DNA of 64,000 nt from Patescibacteria group bacterium (GCA_040390125.1 JAZJYZ010000001.1:163698-227697), one strand, 5' to 3'. Counted from the stretch's first letter, positions 19,432 through 30,022 are shown. The notes: a model not told the origin generated them from the sequence alone. Numbers and translations are program-made.

Positions 19432-20016
19432 CTAACTAGTTGCCTTTGTCAAGCACTTACTAACAACTACGCCGTTCAGGTTTTTAAAGAAGGCCTCTAT
19501 ATATTGTTTTTTCTCAGCCGGAGTGTAATCCACCATGTAGGCGTGCTCCCACATATCGAGTGCAAGAATTGTTTTTGTGTCGTTGAGTTGTCCTAACTCG
19601 TGGTCAGCAACAAAGTGAGTGAGGAAGTTTTTAGTTGTTGCATCATATGAAAGCAATGCCCAGCCGATGCCTCGCATCATTCCGACGGCTTTAAATTCAT
19701 TTTCCCATGATTCATATGAGCCGTACTGCGATACGAGTGCATCCTTGAGAGAGCCTTCGATAGGGGCGGGCGTTCCCTCCCACTGTGAGAAGTAGTGTTC
19801 GTGCATGCGCATGCCGTTCCACTCAAATCCGATGCGTCGAGTTACTTCAGCGAGGGCGTATGCGTTTTTTTCTGAATCTTTTTTCAGATCCAGAGCGGTT
19901 TCCTCAAGTGTGTTTAAAAATTTCACATAGCCCTCATATAGCTTGATGTGTATCTCAAGTTGCTTTGGTGAAATACCGTCCAAGTTTCCAAAGGTGAATT
20001 TTTTTGCAGTGTACAT
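19432..20016 (-). CDS. Fe/Mn superoxide dismutase family
   Basis: H..LY.GYV, MHEHYF, G.GW, LDMWEHAY. Confidence 0.92.
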   Translation of the reverse strand: MYTAKKFTFGNLDGISPKQLEIHIKLYEGYVKFLNTLEETALDLKKDSEKNAYALAEVTRRIGFEWNGMRMHEHYFSQWEGTPAPIEGSLKDALVSQYGSYESWENEFKAVGMMRGIGWALLSYDATTKNFLTHFVADHELGQLNDTKTILALDMWEHAYMVDYTPAEKKQYIEAFFKNLNGVVVSKCLTKATS

Positions 20017-20202
20017 ATGAATTAGTGATCAGTGTACAGGGTTCAGTGTTTAGAGAAAAATCTTCTGAGTGGCTATTTGGGCCTTGGGAGCATTATATCA
20101 TTGTGGGTGTGGCGAGAATCCCAGTGAGCAGACTTTTGGTGTTACGACGCTTCGTATGGAAATATTTAAATTTTAAAGCGAATAGCTATTTGATTGCACT
20201 GC

Positions 20203-21087
20203 ATGAGTAATCTTAAAACGAGTCGCACTACAGGATACCAAAAGGTCGCTACCGGGCAGGTGTTCCTCATCGGCATCCTTGTTTTTGGGAATATTTTTGT
20301 ATGGACTATTCCTGTTCCGCACGGGCTTAAAGTTTCATTCCTCAACATTGGACAAGGGGATTCTATTTTTATAGAAGGGCCTACTGGCATACAAATGCTT
20401 GTCGATGCGGGACCTCCAGACAAGTCAGTACTGCGAGAACTTGGAAGCGTAATGCCTCTTTTTGATCGCTCCATCGATGCAGTAGTAGAGACGCATCCCG
20501 ACCAAGATCACCTTGGAGGTATTCCTGATGTGTTTGACCGCTATCAGGTCGGGACATTTTTAGAGCCAGGAATTCCAAATGACACAAAAGCAACGAAGGC
20601 TGTTGTGCTCGCAGTAGAGAAGTCAGGAGTAAAAGATATTGTTGCGAGGCGGGGTATGCGGTTAATTCTTGGCGGTGGGGCATACGCGGATATTCTTTTC
20701 CCTGATAGGGATCTACCAAAGATTGAAACGAACACTGGCTCAATAGTAATGCGTGTTGTGTATGGAAACACATCGTTTTTATTAAACGGGGATTCTCCGC
20801 AGGTAATTGAAAAATATTTGGTGTCAATTGATGGCAAACAACTTCAAAGCACTGTGCTTAAAGCAGGGCACCATGGCTCGAAAAGTTCGAGTACTTCTGA
20901 ATTTGTGAAAGTAGTGAACCCGAAGTACGGAATTTTCTCGAGAGGGTGTGACAATAAATACGGACATCCAGCACCTATCGTCGCTCAATTGTTTTCGAAT
21001 CTGCAGATCCCGATCTTTGATACGTGCACTGATGGGCGTATTACGTTTATCTCTGACGGGGAGAGTCTTGCTATAAAAAGGCAATAA
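20203..21087 (+). CDS. ComEC-type metallo-beta-lactamase domain protein
   Basis: N-terminal TM, GQGDSI, THPDQDH.GG, LK.GHHGS, N.YGHP. Confidence 0.9.
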   Translation: MSNLKTSRTTGYQKVATGQVFLIGILVFGNIFVWTIPVPHGLKVSFLNIGQGDSIFIEGPTGIQMLVDAGPPDKSVLRELGSVMPLFDRSIDAVVETHPDQDHLGGIPDVFDRYQVGTFLEPGIPNDTKATKAVVLAVEKSGVKDIVARRGMRLILGGGAYADILFPDRDLPKIETNTGSIVMRVVYGNTSFLLNGDSPQVIEKYLVSIDGKQLQSTVLKAGHHGSKSSSTSEFVKVVNPKYGIFSRGCDNKYGHPAPIVAQLFSNLQIPIFDTCTDGRITFISDGESLAIKRQ

Positions 21088-21124
21088 TGAATCGTGTGCA
21101 ATCGGGCGCTGTAGAGGTACTATT

Positions 21125-21328
21125 TTATCTGAAGCTACCTGTCAAACAGAAACCGCATTTATCAAACATTATTGGGGCCCTCTTCGCACATGCAGAACAT
21201 GTTTCAACAGCCTCTTCACCTCGAGCTGCTTTAAGGGCATGTTCGACTAGATCGAGGTCGATGGTATGGCGATCCCCCCTGAAAGGAGGGACGAGTCTTA
21301 ATTTTGATTCTGTTTTTGGTTCGCCCAT
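21125..21328 (-). CDS. Small zinc-ribbon protein
   Basis: CSAC...CGFC. Confidence 0.5.
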   Translation of the reverse strand: MGEPKTESKLRLVPPFRGDRHTIDLDLVEHALKAARGEEAVETCSACAKRAPIMFDKCGFCLTGSFR

Positions 21329-21378
21329 ATCAATAGTACAGAGATGAATCTGCAGGTAACGTACAAGTGTATTAGTGA

Positions 21379-21621
21379 CTAAATGACGTTTGCTTTTCTG
21401 AGGGTCTTGAATGCACCACGTTTTGCAATGGTTTTTACTGCACGAGCAGAGAGGAGAACAGAGATGTGTTTATTCAATTCTGGTACGAATATCTTGTGCT
21501 TTTGGAGGTTAGCTTTGCGTCGAACTTTTCCGCATGGGTTGTACTGCGTAGCACGGGTACGGTTTGAATACCGACCTCCTACGAGAGATGATTTACCAGT
21601 TACAGCGCATGCTCTAGCCAT
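21379..21621 (-). CDS. rpmB: 50S ribosomal protein L28
   Basis: MARACAVTGK...RR.ANLQ...L.LSARAVKTI. Confidence 0.92.
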   Translation of the reverse strand: MARACAVTGKSSLVGGRYSNRTRATQYNPCGKVRRKANLQKHKIFVPELNKHISVLLSARAVKTIAKRGAFKTLRKANVI

Positions 21622-21677
21622 AGTTTTTAGAGGATACCATGGAGGGATTCAAGATTCAAGAATTTAAAAGCTAGCAC

Positions 21678-22400
21678 CTAGAAGCTAGAACCTTTTTCAA
21701 GGTATGCAACAATCGTGCGACGCTTCCATGCAGAGCCGTCAGCATGCTTGTGCTTGAATGATTTTTCGATCTTGTGAATGGTGAAATAGGGCTCGAAGAA
21801 CCCTCGTACTGACTCTTCTGTCCACACATACTCAGCAGTGTGTATTTCTGGATGAATATACATGCCCATCTCATCTCCCGGGCTTTCACGAAGCAGGCGT
21901 TTTGCATGGGAATCATCGTCAAGGAGAAATGATTTGAAAAAGAGCCACCCACCTGGTTTTAAAACACGAAGAATTTCTTGTCGGAGATTTTCACGCCCGG
22001 CTTGTTTCAAGACATGCGAGCTCATCATGTCGAGTGCGATGGTAACGGAATTGTCAGGCAAAGGAATTGGTTTTTCCATGTCTTGTACAAAAAATTTGAT
22101 AGGCAATCCTTCGCCAGCTTTTTTAGCAACAGTGATGGCGACTTCTGAAAGATCGTACCCAACACCACGCATGCCGAATGCATTTGCAAGGTAAATGAGG
22201 TTACGTCCGTTACCACATCCAACGTCGAGCGCTTGTGCCGTAACGTTCAGAAATTTCTTTCCATGTTCACGTATTAAATAGCGTGAGAATTTTTCAAGAT
22301 CTTCCGAAGGCTCGGTCGAGAGTGCAAGATGAGGATTTGCCCCACCGGTGCGGTTTGATTTACCGTATTCCTTATTCCAGAAATTGTTTTGTTTGGACAT
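21678..22400 (-). CDS. Class I SAM-dependent methyltransferase
   Basis: LDVGCGNGRN; RVLKPGG. Confidence 0.9.
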   Translation of the reverse strand: MSKQNNFWNKEYGKSNRTGGANPHLALSTEPSEDLEKFSRYLIREHGKKFLNVTAQALDVGCGNGRNLIYLANAFGMRGVGYDLSEVAITVAKKAGEGLPIKFFVQDMEKPIPLPDNSVTIALDMMSSHVLKQAGRENLRQEILRVLKPGGWLFFKSFLLDDDSHAKRLLRESPGDEMGMYIHPEIHTAEYVWTEESVRGFFEPYFTIHKIEKSFKHKHADGSAWKRRTIVAYLEKGSSF

Positions 22401-22460
22401 ACAGGTAGCTGTCAGCTTTCAGGTGTCAGCTTTCAGCTTTAAATCTAGAACTTCATAATT

Positions 22461-23201
22461 CTATTTGAGGGCTCCTTGGTGGCTTCGGCTCCACTCATAA
22501 AAAACGATTGCGGCTGAAGCGGCGGCGTTTAATGACTCTGTGCGTGGATGTACGGGAATGCGGAGCAGTATGTCACAAAGCTCTTCAGTTTTTTCACGAA
22601 TTCCTTTTCCTTCGTTGCCTACAATAAATAGTGATGGCTCGCTGAAAGATTCATCGATGAGAGATTGTGCCCCTTTACCTGCGAGCCCATATGTCCAAAA
22701 TCCTTTATCTTTTAGAAGTCGAATTGTTTGATTTACATTGCCAATCGTAACGAGTGGAATTCGGAATGCCATGCCCGCTGAAGTTTTTACCACGGCTCCT
22801 GTTATTGGGGCAGTGCGATGTTCAGGAATAAGGACAGCAGAGAGTCCCATTGCGGCGGCAGAGCGAATGATTGCACCGACGTTGTGCGGGTCTTGGAGTT
22901 CTCCTAAAAGCACGAGTGCGGGTTTTTTAGCAATGTTGAGTGTTTGTATGAATGTTTCAAATGGTACCAACAAAGCTTCGGTGTCGATGATAGCGACGAT
23001 ACCTTGATGAACCGCATCGTTTCCCACCATGTCGCTCCCTTTGAGTGTTGCAATGGTTATTTTTTTCTTCTCTAAAAGATTTTTTATTTTCTCATCATCA
23101 AAGACTGGGGAAAGGAAAACTTTCTTTACCACGTGCGTAGCGTGTTCGACCGCCTCAGCGACTGCGTGCTTTCCATAGATGTAGACCTTTTCTCGTTGCA
23201 T
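22461..23201 (-). CDS. rlmB: 23S rRNA 2'-O-methyltransferase RlmB/TrmH family
   Basis: DPHNVGAIIRSA, GNEGKG, ESLNA SPOUT motifs. Confidence 0.9.
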   Translation of the reverse strand: MQREKVYIYGKHAVAEAVEHATHVVKKVFLSPVFDDEKIKNLLEKKKITIATLKGSDMVGNDAVHQGIVAIIDTEALLVPFETFIQTLNIAKKPALVLLGELQDPHNVGAIIRSAAAMGLSAVLIPEHRTAPITGAVVKTSAGMAFRIPLVTIGNVNQTIRLLKDKGFWTYGLAGKGAQSLIDESFSEPSLFIVGNEGKGIREKTEELCDILLRIPVHPRTESLNAAASAAIVFYEWSRSHQGALK

Positions 23202-23206
23202 ATTTT

Positions 23207-23386
23207 TTAGCTTTCAGCTGTTAGCTTACCGCCTAGCGAGGTGAGAGGAAAGCGAATTCTTGCTTTCCCGAGGGAGCGACGGCGGAAAACCCTTTTAGGG
23301 TTTATAAGCTTATAGCTTTAAACAGCAAAGTTTCAAAAGACTTTCTTCTCCTCCCTGAAAGCTGTAAGCTATAACCTGAAAGCTGG
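23207..23386. repeat. YAG tract, structured insert and CTR tract at divergent junction
   Basis: tagcttt cagctgt tagctta ... ctgaaag ctgtaag ctataac ctgaaag ctgg. Confidence 0.75.
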
Positions 23387-23395
23387 TAGTTCAAT

Positions 23396-24025
23396 ATGGA
23401 ATTTCTCATCGGCATCGTAATAGTCATTCTTTCAATCATCTTCCACGAAGTGGCACATGGATATGTGGCTGATTGGCTAGGCGACCCTACTGCTCGCTAC
23501 GCAGGAAGGCTTACCTTGAACCCTGTACCACACGTAGACCCAATAGGTTCTATAGCTATTCCCGGTATTCTTGCCTTGACTGGCTCCCCGTTTTTGATTG
23601 GTTGGGCAAAACCTGTTCCGTATAACCCCTACAATTTAAAGAACCAGCGTTGGGGCGAGGCACTCGTTGGTTTAGCAGGTCCAGCGACCAACATCCTTAT
23701 CGCCCTTATATTTGGGCTTATTTTGAGATTTTCTGCCCCCCTGGGCATTTCCGGTGCCTTGCTCGGGGTATTTGTAATGGTTATTTATACCAACCTGGTA
23801 CTCGCTATATACAACATGATTCCGATACCACCCCTTGATGGGTCAAAAGTGCTTTCTGCAATACTTCCGCTCCAATTGCGTATGGGGTACAAGCGGTTAG
23901 AGGCTTCTATGTATGCCCTCGGTCCCTTTGGTCTTATTGGGGTGAGCTTAGTTGCCATATACCTCTTATGGCCGGTGCTTTCAGGTTTTGTGCAGGCTCT
24001 TTTCTCCTTGATCGTAGGGACATGA
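23396..24025 (+). CDS. Site-2 protease (M50)
   Basis: HEVAH, AGPATN, NMIPIPPLDG. Confidence 0.93.
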   Translation: MEFLIGIVIVILSIIFHEVAHGYVADWLGDPTARYAGRLTLNPVPHVDPIGSIAIPGILALTGSPFLIGWAKPVPYNPYNLKNQRWGEALVGLAGPATNILIALIFGLILRFSAPLGISGALLGVFVMVIYTNLVLAIYNMIPIPPLDGSKVLSAILPLQLRMGYKRLEASMYALGPFGLIGVSLVAIYLLWPVLSGFVQALFSLIVGT

Positions 24026-24036
24026 GGCCTTGTCTG

Positions 24037-24065
24037 TTGCGTTTTTAAGCCTTGCCTTGTATAGT
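24037..24065 (+). promoter_or_regulatory. sigma70 promoter of str operon
   Basis: TTGCGT-17-TATAGT. Confidence 0.6.
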
Positions 24066-24099
24066 ATCCGAACTGCCCTTGCGCAGTTTTTTCGTAACA

Positions 24100-24513
24100 A
24101 TGGCTACCATAAATCAACTGAGGAAGAATCCTCGCCGAAAAGCATCTCGAAAGACGAAAACCGTTGCGTTGTCTCGTGGTTTCAACGTTCTCAAAAATCG
24201 CCCTACATTCTACCCATCGCCTTTCAAGCGTGGTGTTTGTACAAAAGTAACAACAAAGACACCAAGAAAGCCTAACTCAGCTGTCCGAAAGATTGCTCGT
24301 GTCCGCCTTACAAACGGCATGGAGGTGACCGCCTACATTCCTGGCGAGGGTCACAATTTGCAGGAACACTCCGTTGTTATGCTTCGTGGTGGCCGTACTA
24401 AAGACCTTTCACTCCGTTACAAAGTGGTCCGTGGACGCCTTGACGCAGCCGGTCTTGAAAAACGTCGTCGTGGACGAAGCCGTTACGGAAGTAAACGCCC
24501 AAAGGCAAAATAA
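24100..24513 (+). CDS. rpsL: 30S ribosomal protein S12
   Basis: [13 protein letters not shown]...TP.KPNSA.RK. Confidence 0.98.
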   Translation: MATINQLRKNPRRKASRKTKTVALSRGFNVLKNRPTFYPSPFKRGVCTKVTTKTPRKPNSAVRKIARVRLTNGMEVTAYIPGEGHNLQEHSVVMLRGGRTKDLSLRYKVVRGRLDAAGLEKRRRGRSRYGSKRPKAK

Positions 24514-24516
24514 TAT

Positions 24517-24987
24517 ATGCGTAGACGACTCAAAAAACAGAACGTCATTGCTCCTGATTCAAAATATGAATCAGAGTTTTTGGCACGATTCATCAATACC
24601 GTTATGTGGGATGGAAAGAAAAGCATCGCACAGACGATTGTTTACGATGCCCTCGACGAAATAAAGAAGCGTGATGACACACTCGATCCAATAGTTGTTT
24701 TTGATACAGCCATTTCAAATGTAAGCCCAACAATTGAAGTTCGTTCACGTCGTGTTGGTGGTGCAAACTATCAAGTTCCTCGTGAAGTACGGCCTGAACG
24801 TCGTCGCTCGCTCGCATTCAGATGGATTGTTACTGCTGCTCGTGCAAAGAAAGGAAAGCCAATGGCTTTGAAGCTTGCTGATGAGCTCATGGCAGCGTCA
24901 AAAAATGAAGGAAGTGCAGTGAAGAAGCGTGAAGACGTACACCGCATGGCAGAATCCAACCGTGCCTTTGCTCACTTGGCTTGGTAA
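24517..24987 (+). CDS. rpsG: 30S ribosomal protein S7
   Basis: [29 protein letters not shown]. Confidence 0.98.
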   Translation: MRRRLKKQNVIAPDSKYESEFLARFINTVMWDGKKSIAQTIVYDALDEIKKRDDTLDPIVVFDTAISNVSPTIEVRSRRVGGANYQVPREVRPERRRSLAFRWIVTAARAKKGKPMALKLADELMAASKNEGSAVKKREDVHRMAESNRAFAHLAW

Positions 24988-24992
24988 ATAGT

Positions 24993-25247
24993 ATGAGTGA
25001 GCGTGAAGTGAGAGAGGGTTTTATACGAGGTGCACTAGAGGAGATTTTGACGACACCCGATAGAGCGGCACGTTTGTTAAGTGCTTTACCTAAGGGGGAG
25101 CGTACTGCGGTTGCTTCTGGAGCTTTTGATAGGATAGAAGCTGCTTTAGGTAGTCGAGATCCTCAAGATGTTGAAGCTCTCGGAACCACAGGAGGAATTA
25201 TTGATGCTTATATGGATGTGCATGTAAGAGGAAATCGTCCGAAATAA
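24993..25247 (+). CDS. Orphan small protein between rpsG and fusA
   Basis: 84-aa ORF starting 5 nt after rpsG stop. Confidence 0.6.
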   Translation: MSEREVREGFIRGALEEILTTPDRAARLLSALPKGERTAVASGAFDRIEAALGSRDPQDVEALGTTGGIIDAYMDVHVRGNRPK

Positions 25248-25249
25248 GT

Positions 25250-25501
25250 ATGGTTCGTGAAAATAGTCCGATTGCAGGCAGAATCGGCAGGCGCAGTACG
25301 CCAGCAGAAATAGAAGCCGAAATTGAAAGACTCAGGGAAGACTTGCGGGCAAGTGACGGAGACCCAGCATCCAACCAACCGCTCGTATCGAATATAAAAA
25401 TTCTTCAGGAAATGTTGAACAAAAGAAGAAGCAAGGAACGAAAGCAAGAGAAAAAACCAAAAGCAACTATTACCACATTAAAACCGAGGTCAAAGAAATA
25501 A
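25250..25501 (+). CDS. Orphan small coiled-coil/basic protein
   Basis: 83-aa ORF tightly packed before fusA. Confidence 0.6.
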   Translation: MVRENSPIAGRIGRRSTPAEIEAEIERLREDLRASDGDPASNQPLVSNIKILQEMLNKRRSKERKQEKKPKATITTLKPRSKK

Positions 25502-25513
25502 TTTTTTAATACT

Positions 25514-27667
25514 ATGGGCAAAAGAGACTATCCATTGGACAGAGTTCGAAACTTCGGCATCATTGCGCACATTGATGCAGGTAAGACGACAACCTCTGAG
25601 CGTGTTTTGTACTACACGGGCTCTCAACACAAAATCGGCGAAGTGCACGAAGGAGAGACGACGACCGACTGGATGGAGCAAGAGCGTGAGCGTGGTATCA
25701 CCATTACCTCCGCTGCTATTACGTGTTTCTGGACACCCACTGAAGAGACAGATAAGAAAGACACGAGCAAAAAAATTCGCTTTAACGTCATCGACACTCC
25801 TGGACACATCGACTTCACCATTGAAGTGAAGCGCTCGCTTCGTGTGCTTGACGGCGCTGTGGTGGTTTTTGATGGCGTTGCAGGGGTTGAGCCACAATCA
25901 GAAACAAACTGGCGTTACGCTGACGAAGGAAAAGTTCCTCGCATTTGTTTCATCAATAAACTCGACCGAACTGGCGCATCATTTGAGCGTTCCTACGCAT
26001 CTATTTTAGACCGCCTCACCAAGGACGCTGTTCGCATGCAGGTTCCGATTGGTGAAGAAGGAGATCATGTGGGTGTTGTAGAGCTGTTGACTCGTGAAGC
26101 AGTGTATTTCGATGGTGACATGGGTGAGATTGTTCGTCGTGAAAAAGAAATTCCAGAAAATTTGAAAGCAGATGTTGAAAAGTATCGTGGTGAGCTCATT
26201 GAGAAAATTGTTTCTGAGGATGACGCCATGATGTCGAGCTACCTCGACGGTGTTGAACCATCTCTTGCTGATTTGAAAAAGACGCTCCGCAAAGCAGTCA
26301 TTGATAACAAAATTGTTCCTGTATATGCAGGCTCAGCACTGAAGAACAAAGGTGTTCAGCTTGTGCTCGATGCTGTGGTGGAATACCTCCCATCACCACT
26401 CGATTTGCCACCAACCAAAGGTATTAATCCAGACACAGGTGAAGAAGTATTCCGCAATGCTTCAGACGATGAGCCATTCTGTGCACTCGTCTTTAAACTC
26501 CAGACTGACCCATTCGTGGGGGCACTTTCATTTTTCCGTGTGTACTCAGGAAAAATTGAAGCAGGTTCGTATGTATACAACGCATCAACTGGCGTAAAGG
26601 AACGCCTTGGACGTATTGTGCGTCTTCAGGCTGACAAGCGTGAAGAAGTGAAAGAAGTTTTCACTGGGGAAATTGCAGCAGCAGTGGGCCTCAAAGAAGC
26701 AAAGACTTCTAACACGCTTGCTGACGAAGCAAACCCAATGATTCTTGAAATCATTAAGGCACCAGACCCAGTGGTTTCGATGCGTATTGAACCAAAAACA
26801 AAGGGTGACCAAGAAAGAATGGGTATGGCACTCAAAAAACTTTCTGATGAAGACCCAAGCTTCCGTGTCACCTCAGACGCTGAAACTATGGAAACAATTA
26901 TTGCAGGCATGGGTGAGCTTCACCTTGAAATTCTTGTTGACCGTATGAAACGTGAGTTCAATGTGGATGCAACCACAGGCAAACCACAAGTTGCGTACCG
27001 AGAAACAATTCAGAAAGAAGCAGAAGCAAATCATAAATACATTAAGCAAACTGGAGGTAAGGGTCAGTACGGTCACGTGGCAATTAAAATCAGGCCAATG
27101 GAACCGCTTGACCCTGGTGCAAAAGTAAAGAACAACGTGAAGCGTGAAGCGCACTTCGAGTTCATAAACAACATTAAGGGGGGTGTTATTCCACAAGAAT
27201 TTATTCCTGCAGTTGAGAAGGGTATTCGTGAAGCGATGGAGCGAGGTATTGTTGCAGGATTTAAAATGGAAGACATTTCAGTCGATCTCTTTGACGGTTC
27301 ATCTCACGATGTCGACTCATCAGAAATCGCATTCAAAATTGCGGCATCAATGGCATTCAAAGAGGCTGCTGAGCGTGCACGGCCAGTCTTGCTCGAGCCA
27401 GTCATGAAAGTTGAAGTCGTGGTACCGGAGAAATTCATGGGTGATATCACAGGGCACGTGACTTCAAAGCGAGGTGCGATTGATTCAATAGAAGAGCGAG
27501 GTATGGCAAAGGTAGTGAACGCAAAAGTGCCACTTTCAGAAATGTTCGGCTACACAACAGCGCTTCGTTCCATGACCGAGGGTCGTGGCGTTATGGCAAT
27601 GGAATTCGATCACTACGAAGTCGTTCCGCAAAACGTTGCTGAGACTATCAAGGCTGCACGGAAGTGA
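25514..27667 (+). CDS. fusA: Elongation factor G
   Basis: AHIDAGKTT, RGITI, DTPGH, NKLD, GMGELHL. Confidence 0.99.
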   Translation: MGKRDYPLDRVRNFGIIAHIDAGKTTTSERVLYYTGSQHKIGEVHEGETTTDWMEQERERGITITSAAITCFWTPTEETDKKDTSKKIRFNVIDTPGHIDFTIEVKRSLRVLDGAVVVFDGVAGVEPQSETNWRYADEGKVPRICFINKLDRTGASFERSYASILDRLTKDAVRMQVPIGEEGDHVGVVELLTREAVYFDGDMGEIVRREKEIPENLKADVEKYRGELIEKIVSEDDAMMSSYLDGVEPSLADLKKTLRKAVIDNKIVPVYAGSALKNKGVQLVLDAVVEYLPSPLDLPPTKGINPDTGEEVFRNASDDEPFCALVFKLQTDPFVGALSFFRVYSGKIEAGSYVYNASTGVKERLGRIVRLQADKREEVKEVFTGEIAAAVGLKEAKTSNTLADEANPMILEIIKAPDPVVSMRIEPKTKGDQERMGMALKKLSDEDPSFRVTSDAETMETIIAGMGELHLEILVDRMKREFNVDATTGKPQVAYRETIQKEAEANHKYIKQTGGKGQYGHVAIKIRPMEPLDPGAKVKNNVKREAHFEFINNIKGGVIPQEFIPAVEKGIREAMERGIVAGFKMEDISVDLFDGSSHDVDSSEIAFKIAASMAFKEAAERARPVLLEPVMKVEVVVPEKFMGDITGHVTSKRGAIDSIEERGMAKVVNAKVPLSEMFGYTTALRSMTEGRGVMAMEFDHYEVVPQNVAETIKAARK

Positions 27668-27704
27668 TTAACGTGCGTTCTTGTAGGTAGGAAGCGTAGG
27701 GTGT

Positions 27705-28031
27705 ATGACCTCAAGAGCCTCGGAAAAAATTAAAACTCAAAGAGAAATTGTTAGGCTAAAATTTGTTCGACCTAAAACTTTTAAAGAAGCCAATCTACGA
27801 TTGGCGGATCTAAAAAAGACACTGGGGAAAATTGATTCGCAACTGAGTAGCGAGTTGTTTCGTAATCGTTTTCCTGATGCAGTAAGTTACGCACGATGGC
27901 GACGCAGTGCCTATAAGGCTAAAGCTTTTTGTGGAATTGAAATGGCATTCATCAAAGGTGTGTTGAAACAGTTCAAGAAAAATAACTCTAGACAAAAAGG
28001 GGCTCTACCAATAATCGCTCCTCATTCTTAA
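27705..28031 (+). CDS. Orphan basic helical protein
   Basis: 108-aa ORF, AT-richer codons than fusA. Confidence 0.6.
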   Translation: MTSRASEKIKTQREIVRLKFVRPKTFKEANLRLADLKKTLGKIDSQLSSELFRNRFPDAVSYARWRRSAYKAKAFCGIEMAFIKGVLKQFKKNNSRQKGALPIIAPHS

Positions 28032-28061
28032 AAATCCTTAAAGTGTTTTTGATTGTTTTTT

Positions 28062-28244
28062 ATGGCACACGGTTTTAGAGAGGGAACTTCTGCTGTTAAC
28101 ACTACGTGCCCTTTTTGTTTAAAAACTATTATGGTCATTAGAGATGGCCTTAGGAGGAAGATATTGCCACATTTCTCCACGAATACGAAGGGTGCTACTG
28201 AAGGTTGCGAGGGTAACGGGCGTGCAATCGAGGATTCGGATTAG
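28062..28244 (+). CDS. Small putative zinc-binding protein
   Basis: CPFC...H...C. Confidence 0.5.
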   Translation: MAHGFREGTSAVNTTCPFCLKTIMVIRDGLRRKILPHFSTNTKGATEGCEGNGRAIEDSD

Positions 28245-28308
28245 TATTCCACAACACTCCGAACATTCTCTTGCGTAGTGAAACTAAGCGGAATACTATA
28301 GGTCTTAT

Positions 28309-28518
28309 ATGGAGGGTAGTACCCATCGGTTAGTGAGCTTTGGTAGGTCTTTTGTTGTAAGCAAAGGAGCAGATGTGAAACATAGGGGGATGAAGCGCCT
28401 TCCAGAAGACAGAAGCGTGCAAGGCCAGGATGGCTCAGCAGACAGGCATAATCGTACTCGTTTGAGGGGAAAGCGGGTTCGTTTCGATCCGAACGCACCA
28501 TTCCCAACTTTGATGTAA
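28309..28518 (+). CDS. Small basic hypothetical protein
   Basis: 69-aa ORF; TACTAT shortly upstream of ATG. Confidence 0.4.
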   Translation: MEGSTHRLVSFGRSFVVSKGADVKHRGMKRLPEDRSVQGQDGSADRHNRTRLRGKRVRFDPNAPFPTLM

Positions 28519-28544
28519 TTGTGCTTGAAATTCGAACCTGATTC

Positions 28545-28573
28545 TTGACTCTTTTTAAGCTTTCAGATACAGT
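28545..28573 (+). promoter_or_regulatory. Internal promoter for tuf
   Basis: TTGACT-17-TACAGT followed by a leader of about 145 nt. Confidence 0.55.
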
Positions 28574-28722
28574 ACCCCGTAACGCTTCACGCGTTCTTTT
28601 CGTCTACGATTCCTGGTTGTGCGGGCTTTCGGAGCGAAGCAAGGGCTCGGTGGTTTTTCTTAGCTCTTTGATTTAGAATTTACTAGTCCCTATACACTAA
28701 ACACTAATCACTAATTTATAAT

Positions 28723-29919
28723 ATGGTAGATTTCGCACGCACTAAGCCTCACGTCAACGTCGGTACTATCGGCCACGTCGACCACGGCAAGACTACCCTC
28801 ACTGCGGCTATCCTTTCCGTTCTTGCAAAGGCAGGAAATGGATACAGCGCATCAGTGAAGGACGTCGCTCAGATCGACAATGCACCTGAAGAAAAGGCTC
28901 GTGGTATTACCATCTCCCTTTCGCACTCCGAGTACGAATCACCAGCTCGCCACTACGCACACATCGATGCTCCTGGCCACGCTGACTACATCAAGAACAT
29001 GATTACTGGTGCCGCCCAAATGGACGGTGCAATTCTCGTTGTTGCTGCAACGGACGGTGTGATGCCTCAAACGCGTGAACACATTCTCCTCGCTAAGCAA
29101 GTTGGTGTACCAAAGGTCATTGTTTTCTTGAACAAGGTTGACATGGTTGACGATAAAGACCTCGTTGAGCTCGTTGAAGAAGAAGTTCGTGAGCTCCTCA
29201 CCAAGCAAGGCTTTGATGGTGCTGCAACTCCGGTTATCCGTGGTTCAGGCTTGAAGGCTCTTGAGAATCCAGCACCAGGCAACGAATGGTCTGAGAAGAT
29301 CATGGAGCTTGTAAAGGCACTCGATGATTACATTCCACAGCCAGAGAGAGACGTTTCTAAGCCATTCCTTATGCCAATTGAGGACATTTTCTCGATTGAA
29401 GGACGTGGCACCGTGGTTACTGGCCGTATTGAGCGTGGTCAGATAAAAGTAGGTGAAGAAGTTGAAATTGTCGGCCTCCAGCCAACAGTTAAGACCACTA
29501 TCACTGGTATTGAAATGTTCAACAAGTCCTTGCAAGAAGGTATGGCAGGCGACAACGCAGGCATCTTGCTCCGTGGTACGAAGAAAGAAGACGTACACCG
29601 TGGACAAGTTCTCGGAAAGACTGGCACCGTTACTCCGCACACTGACTTTGAAGCAGAAGTCTACATTCTCTCAAAGGAAGAAGGAGGTCGTCACACACCG
29701 TTCTTTACAGGCTACAAGCCACAGTTCTACGTCCGCACTACTGACGTCACTGGCGATGTAACCTTGCCTGAAGGAGTTGAAATGGTTATGCCAGGAGATA
29801 CCGTGAAGTTTAAAGTGAAACTTGTAGCACCAGTTGCCCTTGAAGAACAACAGCGCTTTGCTATCCGTGAAGGAGGTAAGACTGTCGGTGCTGGCGTGGT
29901 AACGAAGATAGTTGCGTAA
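28723..29919 (+). CDS. tuf: Elongation factor Tu
   Basis: [28 protein letters not shown]. Confidence 0.99.
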   Translation: MVDFARTKPHVNVGTIGHVDHGKTTLTAAILSVLAKAGNGYSASVKDVAQIDNAPEEKARGITISLSHSEYESPARHYAHIDAPGHADYIKNMITGAAQMDGAILVVAATDGVMPQTREHILLAKQVGVPKVIVFLNKVDMVDDKDLVELVEEEVRELLTKQGFDGAATPVIRGSGLKALENPAPGNEWSEKIMELVKALDDYIPQPERDVSKPFLMPIEDIFSIEGRGTVVTGRIERGQIKVGEEVEIVGLQPTVKTTITGIEMFNKSLQEGMAGDNAGILLRGTKKEDVHRGQVLGKTGTVTPHTDFEAEVYILSKEEGGRHTPFFTGYKPQFYVRTTDVTGDVTLPEGVEMVMPGDTVKFKVKLVAPVALEEQQRFAIREGGKTVGAGVVTKIVA

Positions 29920-29920
29920 A

Positions 29921-30015
29921 TTAGAACGTAGAAAGTTGTAGGTAGAATGTAGAAAACATTTCAGCAAAGAAAGTTCTTTAAAAAACTACATACTACCTGC
30001 TACTTACTACCCACT
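29921..30015. repeat. Inverted pair of heptamer tracts (tuf-rpsJ)
   Basis: tagaacg tagaaag ... tagaatg tagaaaa ... ctacata ctacctg ctactta ctaccca ct. Confidence 0.8.
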
Positions 30016-30022
30016 TGTGCAT

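Noticed and set aside
24993-25501. Toxin-antitoxin pair
   Set aside because: No recognisable toxin or antitoxin motifs and no own promoter or operator
27705-28518. Integron cassette array
   Set aside because: No integrase and no attC-like sites identified between the small ORFs
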